Counted from the first letter of the stretch, positions 49,964 through 59,597 are shown. The stretch is DNA of 64,000 bases from Candidatus Kerfeldbacteria bacterium (GCA_903825245.1 CAIJZX010000012.1:76059-140058); one strand, 5' to 3'. Notes: generated by a model from the letters alone, not told the origin. A program made the numbers and translations.

Positions 49964-50800
49964 TTATGCGCGTCGGCGACTAATAATTAATCGAGCTGAA
50001 TACTTCTTCTTATCGCGGGTGCGAACACCTAAGGCGTGCTTGCCCCACGGCGTCTTCGGATACTTCATACCAATCGGTTGGTTTCCTTCGCCGCCACCGT
50101 GCGGGTGATCAACCGGGTTCATGGCTTTACCGCGGACACTCGGACGGCGGTTCTTCCAACGCATGCGTCCGGCTTTGCCCCAACGAATATTCCCGTGATC
50201 CATGTTCGACATCTGGCCGATTGAGGCCATGCAGGTCTTCATGACTTTGCGAATTTCTCCTGATGGCATTTTCAACGAGACGTAATCGCCTTCGAAGGAC
50301 ATAATGGTAGCGACCGTTCCAGCCGAGCGGACAATAGCTCCGCCGCGTCCCGGCGATAATTCAATATTGTGGATCGGGATACCGGTCGGAATGAATTCCA
50401 TAGCGGTGCGGTTGCCGGTAGCGATTTCTACCGCTTTCGGCGAACTGACGACGATCGCTCCGACAGCTAATCCAGTTGGCGCGAGGATGTATCGTTTTTC
50501 ATGATCCGCGTATTCAATCAACGCCACGTGCGCTGAACGATTCGGATCGTATTGAATGCCGAGAACGGTCGCCGGCAAATCGTAGCGTTCCTGTTTAAAA
50601 TCAACTTGGCGATAGAATCGTTTGTTACCCGCGCCACGGTGGCGAACAGTGATTTTTCCTGAAAAGTTACGTCCGGCATCTTGCTTGATCGTCTTGAGAA
50701 GTGCTTTGTGCGGTGTTTGGACACCAACCAGCTCAGCATAGTCGTTGACTGACGACTTGCGGCGACCTGGCGATGTTGGACGATAGATGCGGACTCCCAT
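49964..50800 (-). CDS. rplB: 50S ribosomal protein L2
   Basis: The 278 aa protein follows the L2 pattern. Confidence 0.9.
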   Translation of the reverse strand: MGVRIYRPTSPGRRKSSVNDYAELVGVQTPHKALLKTIKQDAGRNFSGKITVRHRGAGNKRFYRQVDFKQERYDLPATVLGIQYDPNRSAHVALIEYADHEKRYILAPTGLAVGAIVVSSPKAVEIATGNRTAMEFIPTGIPIHNIELSPGRGGAIVRSAGTVATIMSFEGDYVSLKMPSGEIRKVMKTCMASIGQMSNMDHGNIRWGKAGRMRWKNRRPSVRGKAMNPVDHPHGGGEGNQPIGMKYPKTPWGKHALGVRTRDKKKYSARLIISRRRA

Positions 50801-50808
50801 AGGTGTAG

Positions 50809-51303
50809 TTAAACGCTGACGACGTCAATAGTTTTTCCAGCTGGCAGGGTGACAATCATTTTTTTCCGTTTTGCGGTGCGACCCATCATGCGACCGAAGC
50901 GGACTTCTTTGCCCAGCATGGTGATCGAATTCACGTTGATCGGCATGACGCCGTAGAGGTGATGGACCGCTTGGCGGACATCTGCCTTCGTAGCAGTCGT
51001 TGCGACTTCAAATGTGTACTGTGATTGAGCGCCACCGCGGGTGGACTTTTCGGTGACTACTGCGCGAATAAGCGCGCGCTTGATCATTTCTGAAGCTGGA
51101 TTGCCTTTAGCGACCGGGGCCGTTTTCGGTTCCGACTTGGCTTTCTTGGCGACAACTGGCTCTTTCGCGGCGCCGACTTCGGCGAACGCTTTCTTTTCCG
51201 CGTCTTTAACTTTATCCGCCTTCGTCGCTTTGACCACGCCGCGCTTCGGGCCAGCTGTCTGGTCCTTACCTTTTGTACTCGTGAAGCGATCAAAGAGACC
51301 CAT
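50809..51303 (-). CDS. rplW: 50S ribosomal protein L23 with an approximately 70 aa Lys/Ala-rich N-terminal extension
   Basis: The L23 core occupies the C-terminal 94 aa. A 5-nt gap to rplD supports the long form. The internal Met at about 51093 is the alternative start. Confidence 0.8.
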   Translation of the reverse strand: MGLFDRFTSTKGKDQTAGPKRGVVKATKADKVKDAEKKAFAEVGAAKEPVVAKKAKSEPKTAPVAKGNPASEMIKRALIRAVVTEKSTRGGAQSQYTFEVATTATKADVRQAVHHLYGVMPINVNSITMLGKEVRFGRMMGRTAKRKKMIVTLPAGKTIDVVSV

Positions 51304-51307
51304 ACAA

Positions 51308-51934
51308 TTATTTAGCGTACGTTGAGCGAATAATATCTAGCGCCGGTTTCACAATCAGTAATTGCTTGACGTTGACAACATCGTAGGTATTCAAGCTGTC
51401 GGCCCGAATGAAGGTCACACCTGGAACATTGCGACCAGATTTAATTAATGACATGCTGGTGGTCGGCACGATAACCAATGCTTTTTTCGTGACGGACAAC
51501 TTTTTCAACATGGTCGCGAAATCTTTCGTTTTCGGCGCCGCCATTATCATATCATCAACCACGGTAATCGCTGCACCTTCAGCTTTATCGCTGAGTGACA
51601 TCAGTAACGCTTTGCGCTTGGCCGAAATATTCATTTTCAATTCGAAATTGCGGTTCTTACGTGGTCCGAAGATAACGCCGCCGCCTTTCCATTGCGGTGA
51701 ACGAATAGAACCATGTCGAGCGCGACCGGTTCCTTTTTGCTTCCACGGTTTCTTACCGCCGCCGCGAACTTCACCCTTCGTTTTGGTGTGAGCAATTGCG
51801 ACACGTCGGTTGGCTAAGTGCGTGATGATCGCTTGTTCAATCAAACCGGCGTTCGGCTTGATGCCAAAGACTTTGGCGTCGAGTTCGACGTCGCCGATGA
51901 CCTCACCAGTTTGGTTGTAGAGCTTGGTGTTCAT
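51308..51934 (-). CDS. rplD: 50S ribosomal protein L4
   Basis: The 208 aa protein follows the L4 pattern. Confidence 0.9.
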   Translation of the reverse strand: MNTKLYNQTGEVIGDVELDAKVFGIKPNAGLIEQAIITHLANRRVAIAHTKTKGEVRGGGKKPWKQKGTGRARHGSIRSPQWKGGGVIFGPRKNRNFELKMNISAKRKALLMSLSDKAEGAAITVVDDMIMAAPKTKDFATMLKKLSVTKKALVIVPTTSMSLIKSGRNVPGVTFIRADSLNTYDVVNVKQLLIVKPALDIIRSTYAK

Positions 51935-52539
51935 GCGCGTGCTTGGACAATCACCATTCCGTTACGTGCGCCAGGAACTGCGCCGGAAATCCAGAGTTCA
52001 TTCTTTTCTGTATCGACGGCCACGATTTTCAAACCGATGACGGTAACTTTTGCGTTGCCGAGTCGGCCGGCCATGCGCGTGCCTTTCATGACGTGCTGTG
52101 GGAATGTTGCACCGATCGAACCAGGCGCGCGAAGGTTATCTTTGTGACCATGGGAAGCCGGACCGCCGCGGAAGTGGTGTCGCTTAACGACACCAGCAAA
52201 ACCACGGCCTTTCGAGGTCGCGGTCACTTGGACTTTATCACCAACGGCGAACGAAGAAACATCAACCTTCGCGCCGCGTTCTAACACTTCCGTTGACTTC
52301 GTTTCGCGAACGTAGCGGAAGAGACCGAGTTCTTTCCATTGTCCCTGTTGTTGCTTCGCCACACGGTTCTTTTTCTTGGTGCCGGCAGCGACGCTCATCG
52401 TTTTCATCTCCACGCCATCACTCGACCGGACGTTGGTAATAACGTTCGGTTCAGCTTTGACGACCGTCACCGGCACGACGGTTCCGTCGTCCTGGAAGAC
52501 TTGTGTCATCTGCAATTTGTGACCGATGATGAATTTCAT
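51931..52539 (-). CDS. rplC: 50S ribosomal protein L3
   Basis: The 202 aa protein follows the L3 pattern. Confidence 0.9.
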   Translation of the reverse strand: MKFIIGHKLQMTQVFQDDGTVVPVTVVKAEPNVITNVRSSDGVEMKTMSVAAGTKKKNRVAKQQQGQWKELGLFRYVRETKSTEVLERGAKVDVSSFAVGDKVQVTATSKGRGFAGVVKRHHFRGGPASHGHKDNLRAPGSIGATFPQHVMKGTRMAGRLGNAKVTVIGLKIVAVDTEKNELWISGAVPGARNGMVIVQARA

Positions 52540-52567
52540 TGGGAAACTGATTGATGAAGAGAAAAGC

Positions 52568-52597
52568 GCTCGCGGCGGCCAACTGGCCGCCGCGAGC
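52568..52597 (-). promoter_or_regulatory. GC-rich perfect hairpin in the rpsJ-rplC intercistronic spacer (attenuator/terminator-like)
   Basis: GCTCGCGGCGGCCA-ac-TGGCCGCCGCGAGC is followed on the minus strand by TTTTCTCTTC. The spacer is unusually long at 174 nt. Confidence 0.4.
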
Positions 52598-52713
52598 GGC
52601 GATCCTGTTAGCTACCGTTGTCCTGGGATTACTTCTGCTGGTACCGGTCTTGTCATCCCTGGAACTGATGGCTGGATTGTAGAGTTAAGTTATGCCCTTC
52701 GACGGGCTCAGGA

Positions 52714-53064
52714 CTACGACTTAATCTCGATGTCCACGCCCGCCGGAAGATTCAGGTTCGTCAGGGCATCCACCGTTTTCGGCGTCGGATCGATGATATC
52801 GACCAGGCGCTTGTGCGTCCGCATTTCGTACTGCTCTCGCGAATTCTTGTGAGCGAAAGCCGAACGAATCACCGTGTACTGACTCCGTTCCGTCGGCAAC
52901 GGCACCGGACCTTTGATTTTTGCGCCGGTACGAATCGCCGTATCAATGATCGTCTTGGTCGACTGATCGATGATCTTGTGATCGTAAGCGCGAATCTTGA
53001 TCCGAAGTCGTTGGTGGACTTCTTCGTCGGGAGTAGCGGTGAGAGGAACGTGTGGTTCAGGCAT
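52714..53064 (-). CDS. rpsJ: 30S ribosomal protein S10
   Basis: [15 protein letters not shown] matches S10. Confidence 0.9.
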   Translation of the reverse strand: MPEPHVPLTATPDEEVHQRLRIKIRAYDHKIIDQSTKTIIDTAIRTGAKIKGPVPLPTERSQYTVIRSAFAHKNSREQYEMRTHKRLVDIIDPTPKTVDALTNLNLPAGVDIEIKS

Positions 53065-53091
53065 GGAAAGGGCGAGAGATTGTCGTGGGTA

Positions 53092-54276
53092 TTACTTGAT
53101 GATCTTCGTTACCACGCCGGCGCCGACTGTGTGGCCACCTTCGCGAATGGCGAAGCGTTGCTGTTCTTCAAGTGCGACTGGAGTGATGAGCTTGATGACG
53201 AATTTCATCTGGTCCCCAGGCATTACCATTTCGGTACCAGCCGGTAATTCGATTTCGCCAGTCACGTCCGTGGTGCGAATGTAGAATTGCGGTTTGTAGC
53301 CTTTGAAGAACGGTGTATGTCGTCCACCTTCTTCTTTGGAGAGGACGATGACCTCAGCTTCAAACTCGCTGTGCGGGGTAACTGTACCTGGCTTAGCTAG
53401 CACTTGACCGCGTTCGACATCTTCTTTCTTCGTACCGCGGAGGAGTAAACCAGCATTATCGCCAGCCACACCAGAATCCAATTGCTTGTTGAACATTTCG
53501 ATACCAGTCACGACGGACTTGGCGGTCGGTTTCAGACCGACGATTTCCACTTCGTCATTAATCTTGATTTCACCGCGTTCGATACGACCCGTAACAACGG
53601 TACCGCGACCTTCAATCGAGAAGATATCTTCAATTGGCATCAAGAACGGTTTATCGGTCGCGCGCTTCGGTTCCGGAATGTATTCATCGAGCGTCTTCAT
53701 GAGCTCCATGATTTTTTCCTGGTAGGCCGGATCGCCTTCCAAAGCCTTCAATGCTGAACCGCGGATGATCGGGGTGGTATCGCCTGGGAAATCATACTTC
53801 TTTAACAAATCGCGGATTTCGACTTCGACGAGGTCAATCAATTCAGCATCATCAACCGTATCGCACTTGTTCAAGAAGACGACGATGTATGGTACACCGA
53901 CCTGCTTGGCCAAGAGAATGTGTTCGCGGGTCTGCGGCATCGGACCGTCAGCGGCCGAAACAACGAGAATTGCACCGTCCATTTGGGCAGCACCGGTAAT
54001 CATGTTCTTGACGTAGTCGGCGTGTCCTGGACAGTCGACGTGTGCGTAGTGACGATTCGCTGTTTCATACTCAACGTGGGCCGTAGCAATCGTAATACCG
54101 CGAGCCTTTTCTTCCGGTGCGTTATCGATATCATCAACGCCTTTCGTTTGCGCGATGAATCCCTTATCGGCTAATGTCTTGAGAATAGCGGCCGTTAATG
54201 TGGTCTTACCATGGTCGACGTGACCGATAGTACCAACGTTGACGTGCGGCTTACTGCGATCAAATTTTTCTGCCAT
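53092..54276 (-). CDS. tuf: elongation factor Tu
   Basis: [27 protein letters not shown] matches EF-Tu. The start at 54276 is internal to the ORF-track extension. Confidence 0.95.
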   Translation of the reverse strand: MAEKFDRSKPHVNVGTIGHVDHGKTTLTAAILKTLADKGFIAQTKGVDDIDNAPEEKARGITIATAHVEYETANRHYAHVDCPGHADYVKNMITGAAQMDGAILVVSAADGPMPQTREHILLAKQVGVPYIVVFLNKCDTVDDAELIDLVEVEIRDLLKKYDFPGDTTPIIRGSALKALEGDPAYQEKIMELMKTLDEYIPEPKRATDKPFLMPIEDIFSIEGRGTVVTGRIERGEIKINDEVEIVGLKPTAKSVVTGIEMFNKQLDSGVAGDNAGLLLRGTKKEDVERGQVLAKPGTVTPHSEFEAEVIVLSKEEGGRHTPFFKGYKPQFYIRTTDVTGEIELPAGTEMVMPGDQMKFVIKLITPVALEEQQRFAIREGGHTVGAGVVTKIIK

Positions 54277-54325
54277 AGACTCGTTTGCGCTAGTTAGAAG
54301 AAAAAGGTTACAGAAATGCCTGGCG

Positions 54326-54354
54326 ATTATAGCAGGGCTTGATAAACTTGGCAA
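54326..54354 (-). promoter_or_regulatory. sigma70-like promoter for tuf
   Basis: On the minus strand TTGCCA is separated by 17 nt from TATAAT, about 50 nt upstream of the tuf ATG. Confidence 0.45.
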
Positions 54355-54611
54355 GTGTCTACCCTTCAACCACAAGATCTAAACGAGGAAATTTTCAATT
54401 TTGGCTAATGTTAGCCTTTTTTTAATTTTTCCTGAGTTTTTTCCAAAAAATACACTCCATTTTCCGTTATACGCCTATATTTTAGCTAAAATTAGCCATT
54501 TTTTTATCCACAGGCTGTGGACTAACTTTTATTGAACTAACCATCAAAAATTGACTAATTCCATAAAAAGCCTAGTGTTCATGGGCGCTGATCTTTGACA
54601 ATGGAGGTTCG

Positions 54612-54989
54612 ATGCATCAACTGACGCCAAAGGACGCATCTGTACTTGCGATCGTGGTTGAGAACCCGAAGATGTCCGAGCGGCAATATCAAAGGCTGCT
54701 CACCCACGTCACTGACCCGGAACTACGGGAGCTCATCGGTGCTATTCGGGACAAGGATCTCGAAAAGCCTTTGACCGATCGTACGTGGCAATTTATCCCT
54801 GTTATACAAGATATTGAGGCTTGGCGTACCGCCAACGAAGGTCGACGCGGTCCAAACAACCGAACGCAGGAGGACGCAATGTATGGATTGGTAGGTGCAC
54901 TGATACTTCTTGGCGTCGGGTGGGGCGGTTTTAAACTGCTGACGTGGTCACTCGACAGACGTATTCGTCGGGTCAAGAAGCGGGTATAG
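54612..54989 (+). CDS. hypothetical protein with a C-terminal TM anchor (GC-rich small-protein operon, gene 1)
   Basis: GGAGGT lies 5 nt upstream of the ATG. The protein is 125 aa. Confidence 0.35.
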   Translation: MHQLTPKDASVLAIVVENPKMSERQYQRLLTHVTDPELRELIGAIRDKDLEKPLTDRTWQFIPVIQDIEAWRTANEGRRGPNNRTQEDAMYGLVGALILLGVGWGGFKLLTWSLDRRIRRVKKRV

Positions 54990-55175
54990 GAGAATCGTGA
55001 TGAGCACGAGAAGGTCTCTGAGAAGGTACCGTTCACTCGCGCCACGGAGATTACGGCGAGCTACTAGTAAAGCAGAGCTGGAAAGAATGATGCTCAAGCA
55101 CTTTCCATGGATGTCGATGATATCGAAGTCGACCCCCAACAAGAGCCAGTAGCTCAAGGGAGACGAGGAAACGCT

Positions 55176-55421
55176 ATGAACAAGCGCTCAGCTATCCCGA
55201 CTCCGCACGGACTTCGGCTGAAACGCGGCAAGAACGGAATCTTCACTGCACCCGATCCCGGTCCGGAAGCTCAACGTGAGGCAGTGAAACGAGCTTTTCC
55301 TGACACGAATGTGGATCCGCCTGAATCCAACGACAACACGATCATCTGCGATGAGTGCGGATGGCGTGTCGAGAAGGAACGAACCTGCTCGAACTGCGGC
55401 AAGACTATGTCGTGTCCATAG
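55176..55421 (+). CDS. small zinc-ribbon protein
   Basis: The likely start is the internal Met MNKRS. The C-terminus has CDECG....CSNCG. Confidence 0.35.
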   Translation: MNKRSAIPTPHGLRLKRGKNGIFTAPDPGPEAQREAVKRAFPDTNVDPPESNDNTIICDECGWRVEKERTCSNCGKTMSCP

Positions 55422-55430
55422 GAGGAAGCT

Positions 55431-55631
55431 GTGAGAACCTTCATCAGGCTGTTACCTGTGTTCAGCCTGTTCGTGATCATTTGCGGCCTGGTATTCGCCT
55501 TCACATATCCGGAAAGACTAAATTTTGGACGAATCGTCGCTTGGGCGTTTCTCAGCTATTTCCCGATCTCAGAAACTGTCTCCAAGTGGAGCGATCGTTT
55601 CATAACAAAGTCCGGATCGGCGAACTTGTGA
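55431..55631 (+). CDS. small membrane protein (66 aa, two TM helices)
   Basis: The protein is hydrophobic. Confidence 0.3.
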   Translation: MRTFIRLLPVFSLFVIICGLVFAFTYPERLNFGRIVAWAFLSYFPISETVSKWSDRFITKSGSANL

Positions 55632-55671
55632 CCACCGCCAGTAGCAGTTTGTGCCCTCAAGAGGAGGCTCC

Positions 55672-55827
55672 ATGCCGAAAGCAGGCGTAGTAGTATCCGA
55701 GCAGATGGTGGCAAGAATGTTCTGCGGCGGAATCATTGGCGCACTGGTTGCGTCATTCCTGGGTCCCGAAGCCATCTTCGTGGGCGCGATCTTCGGTGCC
55801 GCGGCAGGTTTCGCAGTCACTCCGTGA
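55672..55827 (+). CDS. small membrane protein (51 aa, Gly-zipper-like)
   Basis: AGAGGAGG lies 6 nt upstream of the ATG. The ORF is not in the track because it is under 60 aa. It translates as MPKAGVVVSEQMVARMFCGGIIGALVASFLGPEAIFVGAIFGAAAGFAVTP. Confidence 0.3.
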   Translation: MPKAGVVVSEQMVARMFCGGIIGALVASFLGPEAIFVGAIFGAAAGFAVTP

Positions 55828-55850
55828 TCAACTCAGAAGTCGTGGGAGGT

Positions 55851-55976
55851 ATGATGGAATTCCTCGCTGCAGTTGCTACCGTCTGTCTCTTGACCGCAGT
55901 CATGACGCTCGGGATACTGCGCTATGGCCACATCGCCTTCCAGGTCATGGGTCGTATCATGGGTATCGCGAAGTAG
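55851..55976 (+). CDS. small membrane protein (41 aa)
   Basis: GGGAGGT lies upstream of an ATGATG start. It translates as MMEFLAAVATVCLLTAVMTLGILRYGHIAFQVMGRIMGIAK. Confidence 0.3.
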   Translation: MMEFLAAVATVCLLTAVMTLGILRYGHIAFQVMGRIMGIAK

Positions 55977-56030
55977 TCTGAACTACAACGTTACACACAA
56001 ACGTACAACCACCCCGCTAGCACATCGCTC

Positions 56031-56058
56031 GCGGTTTTTTTATGTAAGAAAAAACCGC
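56031..56058. terminator. bidirectional rho-independent terminator between convergent operons
   Basis: GCGGTTTTTT-tatgtaag-AAAAAACCGC has A/T tracts on both sides. Confidence 0.5.
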
Positions 56059-56092
56059 ATATCACCAGGACATACGGTTCGGTACAAAGAGC

Positions 56093-57115
56093 TTAGCTGA
56101 GCTGAGCGAGAAGCCCCTGAATCAGCGGAACGTCGCTGTCATTACCCAGACGACGATCGATAGCCAAAGACTGCTGGTACAACGCCCGGGCTTGTTGAGT
56201 CTCTCCTCCGCGAGCGTGGAGCGCTTCGGCGCGGCGGAAACATGACAAGGACTGGAGTGCGAGGTACGCTTGATTACTCGACGATTCCCCTAGCAATTCT
56301 TCGACAATGGAAAGCGATTTTTCGAAAGCGTCATCCGCCTCGTCAAATCGGTTCATCATCCGCAACAGCAAACCCATTTCTTCGTAGGCGGTGGCGATAT
56401 TCTGCCGGTGTTTATTCGTCACCATTCGAAACGATCCGCCAAAACTATTGATGTACAGTTTGCCGCCCATACTCTTGACGGTCATCATTTTGCCGCAAAA
56501 CGGACATCCACCCATTCCGCCGGAACCGGGATCGACCGGCACTTCTCCAGACATCCCGCAGTTAGGACAACCAATCCGCGCAGTACCGCGATACGAAACA
56601 TTGACCTCATCAAGATCAATGATTTTGGTACGCGTGCTGGTAGTTGTGCCTTTTTCCTGAGCATCAATGGACCGTTTGAACATGCGCAGAGCTTGCTGCG
56701 CCGCCGGAAAATTTTCCAACACCTGTGCATCACTACCCATCCGAACACCAGGCCGGTAATGTCGAGCGGTCCAGAATGTGGTTCTGAGGATGGCGCGGTT
56801 GTAGTCATACAAACCCGCCGCCAACACCACGTGACGGAAGAAATACATCCACACGATAGGCGGCCCGAAGAGAATCGCGCTGGTCACCCACAAATGCTGA
56901 TTGTTCAGGTAGTGGAATTCCAGGTGAAACTGCTTTTGCAGTAGACCGGCCGCCAACAACGTCAGCATGCCAACCATACTTGCTCCGACTGCCCGAGGGT
57001 TCAGTGGCCGCTGCAGACCCATTTCCCACAGTCCGTATCGCGCCCATTCGGTGGTCAAGACGCAGTTACAGACCAGTAAAATCGCCAACACGGCATATTC
57101 CACGCTCATAGTCAT
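56093..57115 (-). CDS. membrane protein with a CxxC...CxxC zinc ribbon and C-terminal TPR-like repeats
   Basis: Four N-terminal TM helices are followed by CPNCG...CPFCG and then helical TPR-like repeats. Confidence 0.45.
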   Translation of the reverse strand: MTMSVEYAVLAILLVCNCVLTTEWARYGLWEMGLQRPLNPRAVGASMVGMLTLLAAGLLQKQFHLEFHYLNNQHLWVTSAILFGPPIVWMYFFRHVVLAAGLYDYNRAILRTTFWTARHYRPGVRMGSDAQVLENFPAAQQALRMFKRSIDAQEKGTTTSTRTKIIDLDEVNVSYRGTARIGCPNCGMSGEVPVDPGSGGMGGCPFCGKMMTVKSMGGKLYINSFGGSFRMVTNKHRQNIATAYEEMGLLLRMMNRFDEADDAFEKSLSIVEELLGESSSNQAYLALQSLSCFRRAEALHARGGETQQARALYQQSLAIDRRLGNDSDVPLIQGLLAQLS

Positions 57116-57118
57116 CCC

Positions 57119-57607
57119 CTATTCCCTAATGGCTTCAACAAACGAGAACATCCGGCTCATCGCAAAATTCGCGAAGAACATGATAAGGGTGACGCCCACC
57201 GTGATAAAAATCCGACCGATTGACGTCTCGGAAAGAAAGTGTCCTTGCGTCGCATACGCGGTGATCGTGCACACGATCCAACACAATCCGCCGACACTCA
57301 TCGAGAAGTGGCCACGCGGAAAGGTAGCGTCGTTATTCAAACCGACAAACAACCCAATAGCCAATCCGGGAATCGTGCCGTACCGAAGCGTCTGCTGCCA
57401 GATAAACGCCTGAACACCATCAGGCAACATCAACTCCGGCGACGTAATCGGTCCGCAGATGAGGAATTTTGCCGGAAGCAGGTAGTACAAAGAACCGAGC
57501 AAGACACCGAGGATGGCACCAGTCAGAACTGAAAGGCCGAGATTGTATCGCATACACCCTCCATTGATATGGATAGGCTCCGGGACTTGGAACAAATTGT
57601 CAAACAA
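57119..57607 (-). CDS. polytopic membrane protein
   Basis: The 162 aa protein has four TM helices. Confidence 0.4.
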   Translation of the reverse strand: MFDNLFQVPEPIHINGGCMRYNLGLSVLTGAILGVLLGSLYYLLPAKFLICGPITSPELMLPDGVQAFIWQQTLRYGTIPGLAIGLFVGLNNDATFPRGHFSMSVGGLCWIVCTITAYATQGHFLSETSIGRIFITVGVTLIMFFANFAMSRMFSFVEAIRE

Positions 57608-57727
57608 CCGTACTGAATTGCGCCGTATCCTAGCCGTTTTTTCTATACGATGTCAAGTTGCGAACGACGCACCAGCCACAAGAAAAAAACACCCAATTGA
57701 GTGTCACCTATCATAGTTACTTGTTTA

Positions 57728-58348
57728 CTATCTGATTGTCGGCTGTGTTGCCTCGTCGAGGTGTGTTGAGTCGTTGATAATATGGGCGACGTGGGAGTCA
57801 TCATCGCGCATTTGGACAATCGTTACGCCGGTGTTGACGGTCCGAATTGGCGGATCTTTCTCGTAGTCTTGTTTCAGCAAATACACCAGCAGGGCACGAA
57901 TAAATCCCATGTGTGAGACGACCAGCACGGTTTTTCCCGCATATTCTTTCCGAAACTGTTGAATGAAGTGCGCAGCCCGGTCTCGCGTTTCCAACATTGA
58001 TTCACCATTGACCGGGCGATACTCATACCATTTCACGCCGCTTTTTTCGGCTGCGGCCATAAATTCTTCCCGCGGCTTGCCTTCCATCTCGCCCATGTGG
58101 CGTTCGCGAAGATCTTCGCTGATATGTAAGGCAATCCCCGGATGAAATTGCAAAATCCCCTGCGCCGTATCGCGCGCCCGCTCAGCGTCGCTCGTAAACG
58201 CGGCATCAATGTGTTCGTTTTTTAGCCGGTCAGCCACGCGCTCAACTTGTGCTTTTCCTTTTTCCGTCAGACGCGATGGACCGTGCGCGACCATCAGCGG
58301 TCCGACGTTATGTTCCGCTTCAGCGTGACGTACAATGATGAGTTTCAT
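57728..58348 (-). CDS. histidine phosphatase (phosphoglycerate-mutase-like) family protein, paralog 2
   Basis: MKLIIVRHAEAEHN and a later VVSHMGF second-His motif are present. Confidence 0.65.
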   Translation of the reverse strand: MKLIIVRHAEAEHNVGPLMVAHGPSRLTEKGKAQVERVADRLKNEHIDAAFTSDAERARDTAQGILQFHPGIALHISEDLRERHMGEMEGKPREEFMAAAEKSGVKWYEYRPVNGESMLETRDRAAHFIQQFRKEYAGKTVLVVSHMGFIRALLVYLLKQDYEKDPPIRTVNTGVTIVQMRDDDSHVAHIINDSTHLDEATQPTIR

Positions 58349-58449
58349 CCCGTTAGAGGTGATTGAAATAAGAACTATCTGAATTGTTTCTGGTAGAAAC
58401 TTGAAATGCGACTTTCGGAATTTGCATAGTATTGGTCACCTCTAACGGG
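58349..58449 (-). promoter_or_regulatory. 14-bp perfect inverted repeat filling the intergenic space between the two phosphatase paralogs
   Basis: CCCGTTAGAGGTGA lies at 58349-58362 and TCACCTCTAACGGG at 58436-58449, with a 73-nt loop. The distal arm on the mRNA abuts the downstream start codon. Confidence 0.4.
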
Positions 58450-58458
58450 ATTTCATGA

Positions 58459-59085
58459 TTACGCGTTTTCTCCTTCTTCGTTAACATGTGTAAGATGACT
58501 AACGTCATTTATTAACATTGGCTTAGCCGGTCCTTGTATTGGAATGTCGAGTATCGTTACAGCCGTATTGTGATGATGGTATTCTTCTTTTTCCACATCA
58601 GCACCTTCTTCGAGCGCCCATTCCATCAATGTTGAAAGAAAGAGTCCATGGCTAACAACTACCACCGTGCGTTTTGCATCGCGAACACGATGGTCCTCAT
58701 ACCATCGCCGCGCACGTTCTTTCACCTCGCGCATTGACTCGCCACCCTCCGGTTTCCAATCGCGAAAATGTTGCCCGGATTTTATGAACGCTTCTTTTTT
58801 TGCTACTACCGGCTGGTGGGTAAAAACACCCGAATCCCGTTCACGAAGTTCAACTTCTTGTGCCTGTTTTGCTTCCGGATGATGTTCAGCGATGAGCGAT
58901 GCCGTCTGTTGGGCGCGAATCATATCGCTCGAATAGATGATATCGATTTGTTCATCAGCCAAACGCCGAGCCACAGCCGCCGCTTGACTTAGACCTACCT
59001 TATTCAATGCCATATCACTCGATCCAGCTAGTGTTTCAGATACGTTTCGATCGGTTTCGCCGTGACGGACGATAATGAGTTTCAT
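58459..59085 (-). CDS. histidine phosphatase (phosphoglycerate-mutase-like) family protein, paralog 1
   Basis: MKLIIVRHGETDRN and VVSHGLF motifs are present. Confidence 0.7.
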   Translation of the reverse strand: MKLIIVRHGETDRNVSETLAGSSDMALNKVGLSQAAAVARRLADEQIDIIYSSDMIRAQQTASLIAEHHPEAKQAQEVELRERDSGVFTHQPVVAKKEAFIKSGQHFRDWKPEGGESMREVKERARRWYEDHRVRDAKRTVVVVSHGLFLSTLMEWALEEGADVEKEEYHHHNTAVTILDIPIQGPAKPMLINDVSHLTHVNEEGENA

Positions 59086-59597
59086 GGTTGCAGAATTTGC
59101 TCCCAGCCACCGTTTGGTGCCGTGCGCACAAATACAGACAGTTCTTCGATGTTACAGCTACCTTCTACGGTTTGAGATTGAACTGCGTCCCAAACCGATT
59201 GGAAAACATTATCCGGAATGTTGTTGGCAACGGTAACATGATACACAGAATCTCTTCCTCCCCGGTATTGACCGCTATCAAGGTGCTCAAGTTCCGGAAA
59301 TTTTTGGCGCAACTCCTTGGAAACACTTCTTAGCTCTTCTTGTCCTGGGTCAAGCCAAAGGACACTATGCTCGAGATGATGAAATGATTGCCATCCCTGA
59401 AAGGTAATATTCAGGGTGTAGCGGGTTGTGAAGATATGTTTTTTGATCGCTCCAGGTAAAGCACGAAATGGCGGAATAATCGTGATATGCGACGGCAATG
59501 TACTCTTCGTCCAACGATCGTATTTTTTTCGCAGCTGAACAAGTTGCGTTTGAAACGGCTCGGGTAAAACAGCGATAATGACATACTCGTAACCCAT
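59082..59597 (-). CDS. 2H phosphoesterase superfamily protein (LigT-like 2'-5' RNA ligase / cyclic phosphodiesterase)
   Basis: Two H-x-T-x motifs (SHITIIPP about residue 36 and YHVTVANN about residue 127) sit at typical spacing in a 171 aa protein. The 4-nt overlap with the downstream phosphatase gene indicates an operon. Confidence 0.6.
   Translation of the reverse strand: MGYEYVIIAVLPEPFQTQLVQLRKKYDRWTKSTLPSHITIIPPFRALPGAIKKHIFTTRYTLNITFQGWQSFHHLEHSVLWLDPGQEELRSVSKELRQKFPELEHLDSGQYRGGRDSVYHVTVANNIPDNVFQSVWDAVQSQTVEGSCNIEELSVFVRTAPNGGWEQILQP

Noticed and set aside
50809-51303. The L23 N-terminal 70-aa extension could be a mis-called start
   Set aside because: Kept as the long form because only 5 nt separate it from the rplD stop, and an internal start would leave an unexplained 210-nt gap inside a tight operon. 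This cannot be excluded without expression data.
44472-52852. Numerous antisense or alternate-frame ORFs across the ribosomal protein cluster (for example 44472-44822, 45135-45572, 46266-46802, 52526-52852)
   Set aside because: They overlap highly conserved r-protein genes on the opposite strand or in other frames and have no RBS. They are treated as spurious.
54504-54512. Perfect DnaA-box consensus TTATCCACA in the AT-rich region upstream of tuf (a second copy lies at about 17176-17184); possible oriC
   Set aside because: These are single isolated boxes with no cluster of boxes, no DUE-like AT-rich 13-mers and no dnaA or dnaN nearby. Two occurrences of a 9-mer in 64 kb are close to chance expectation.
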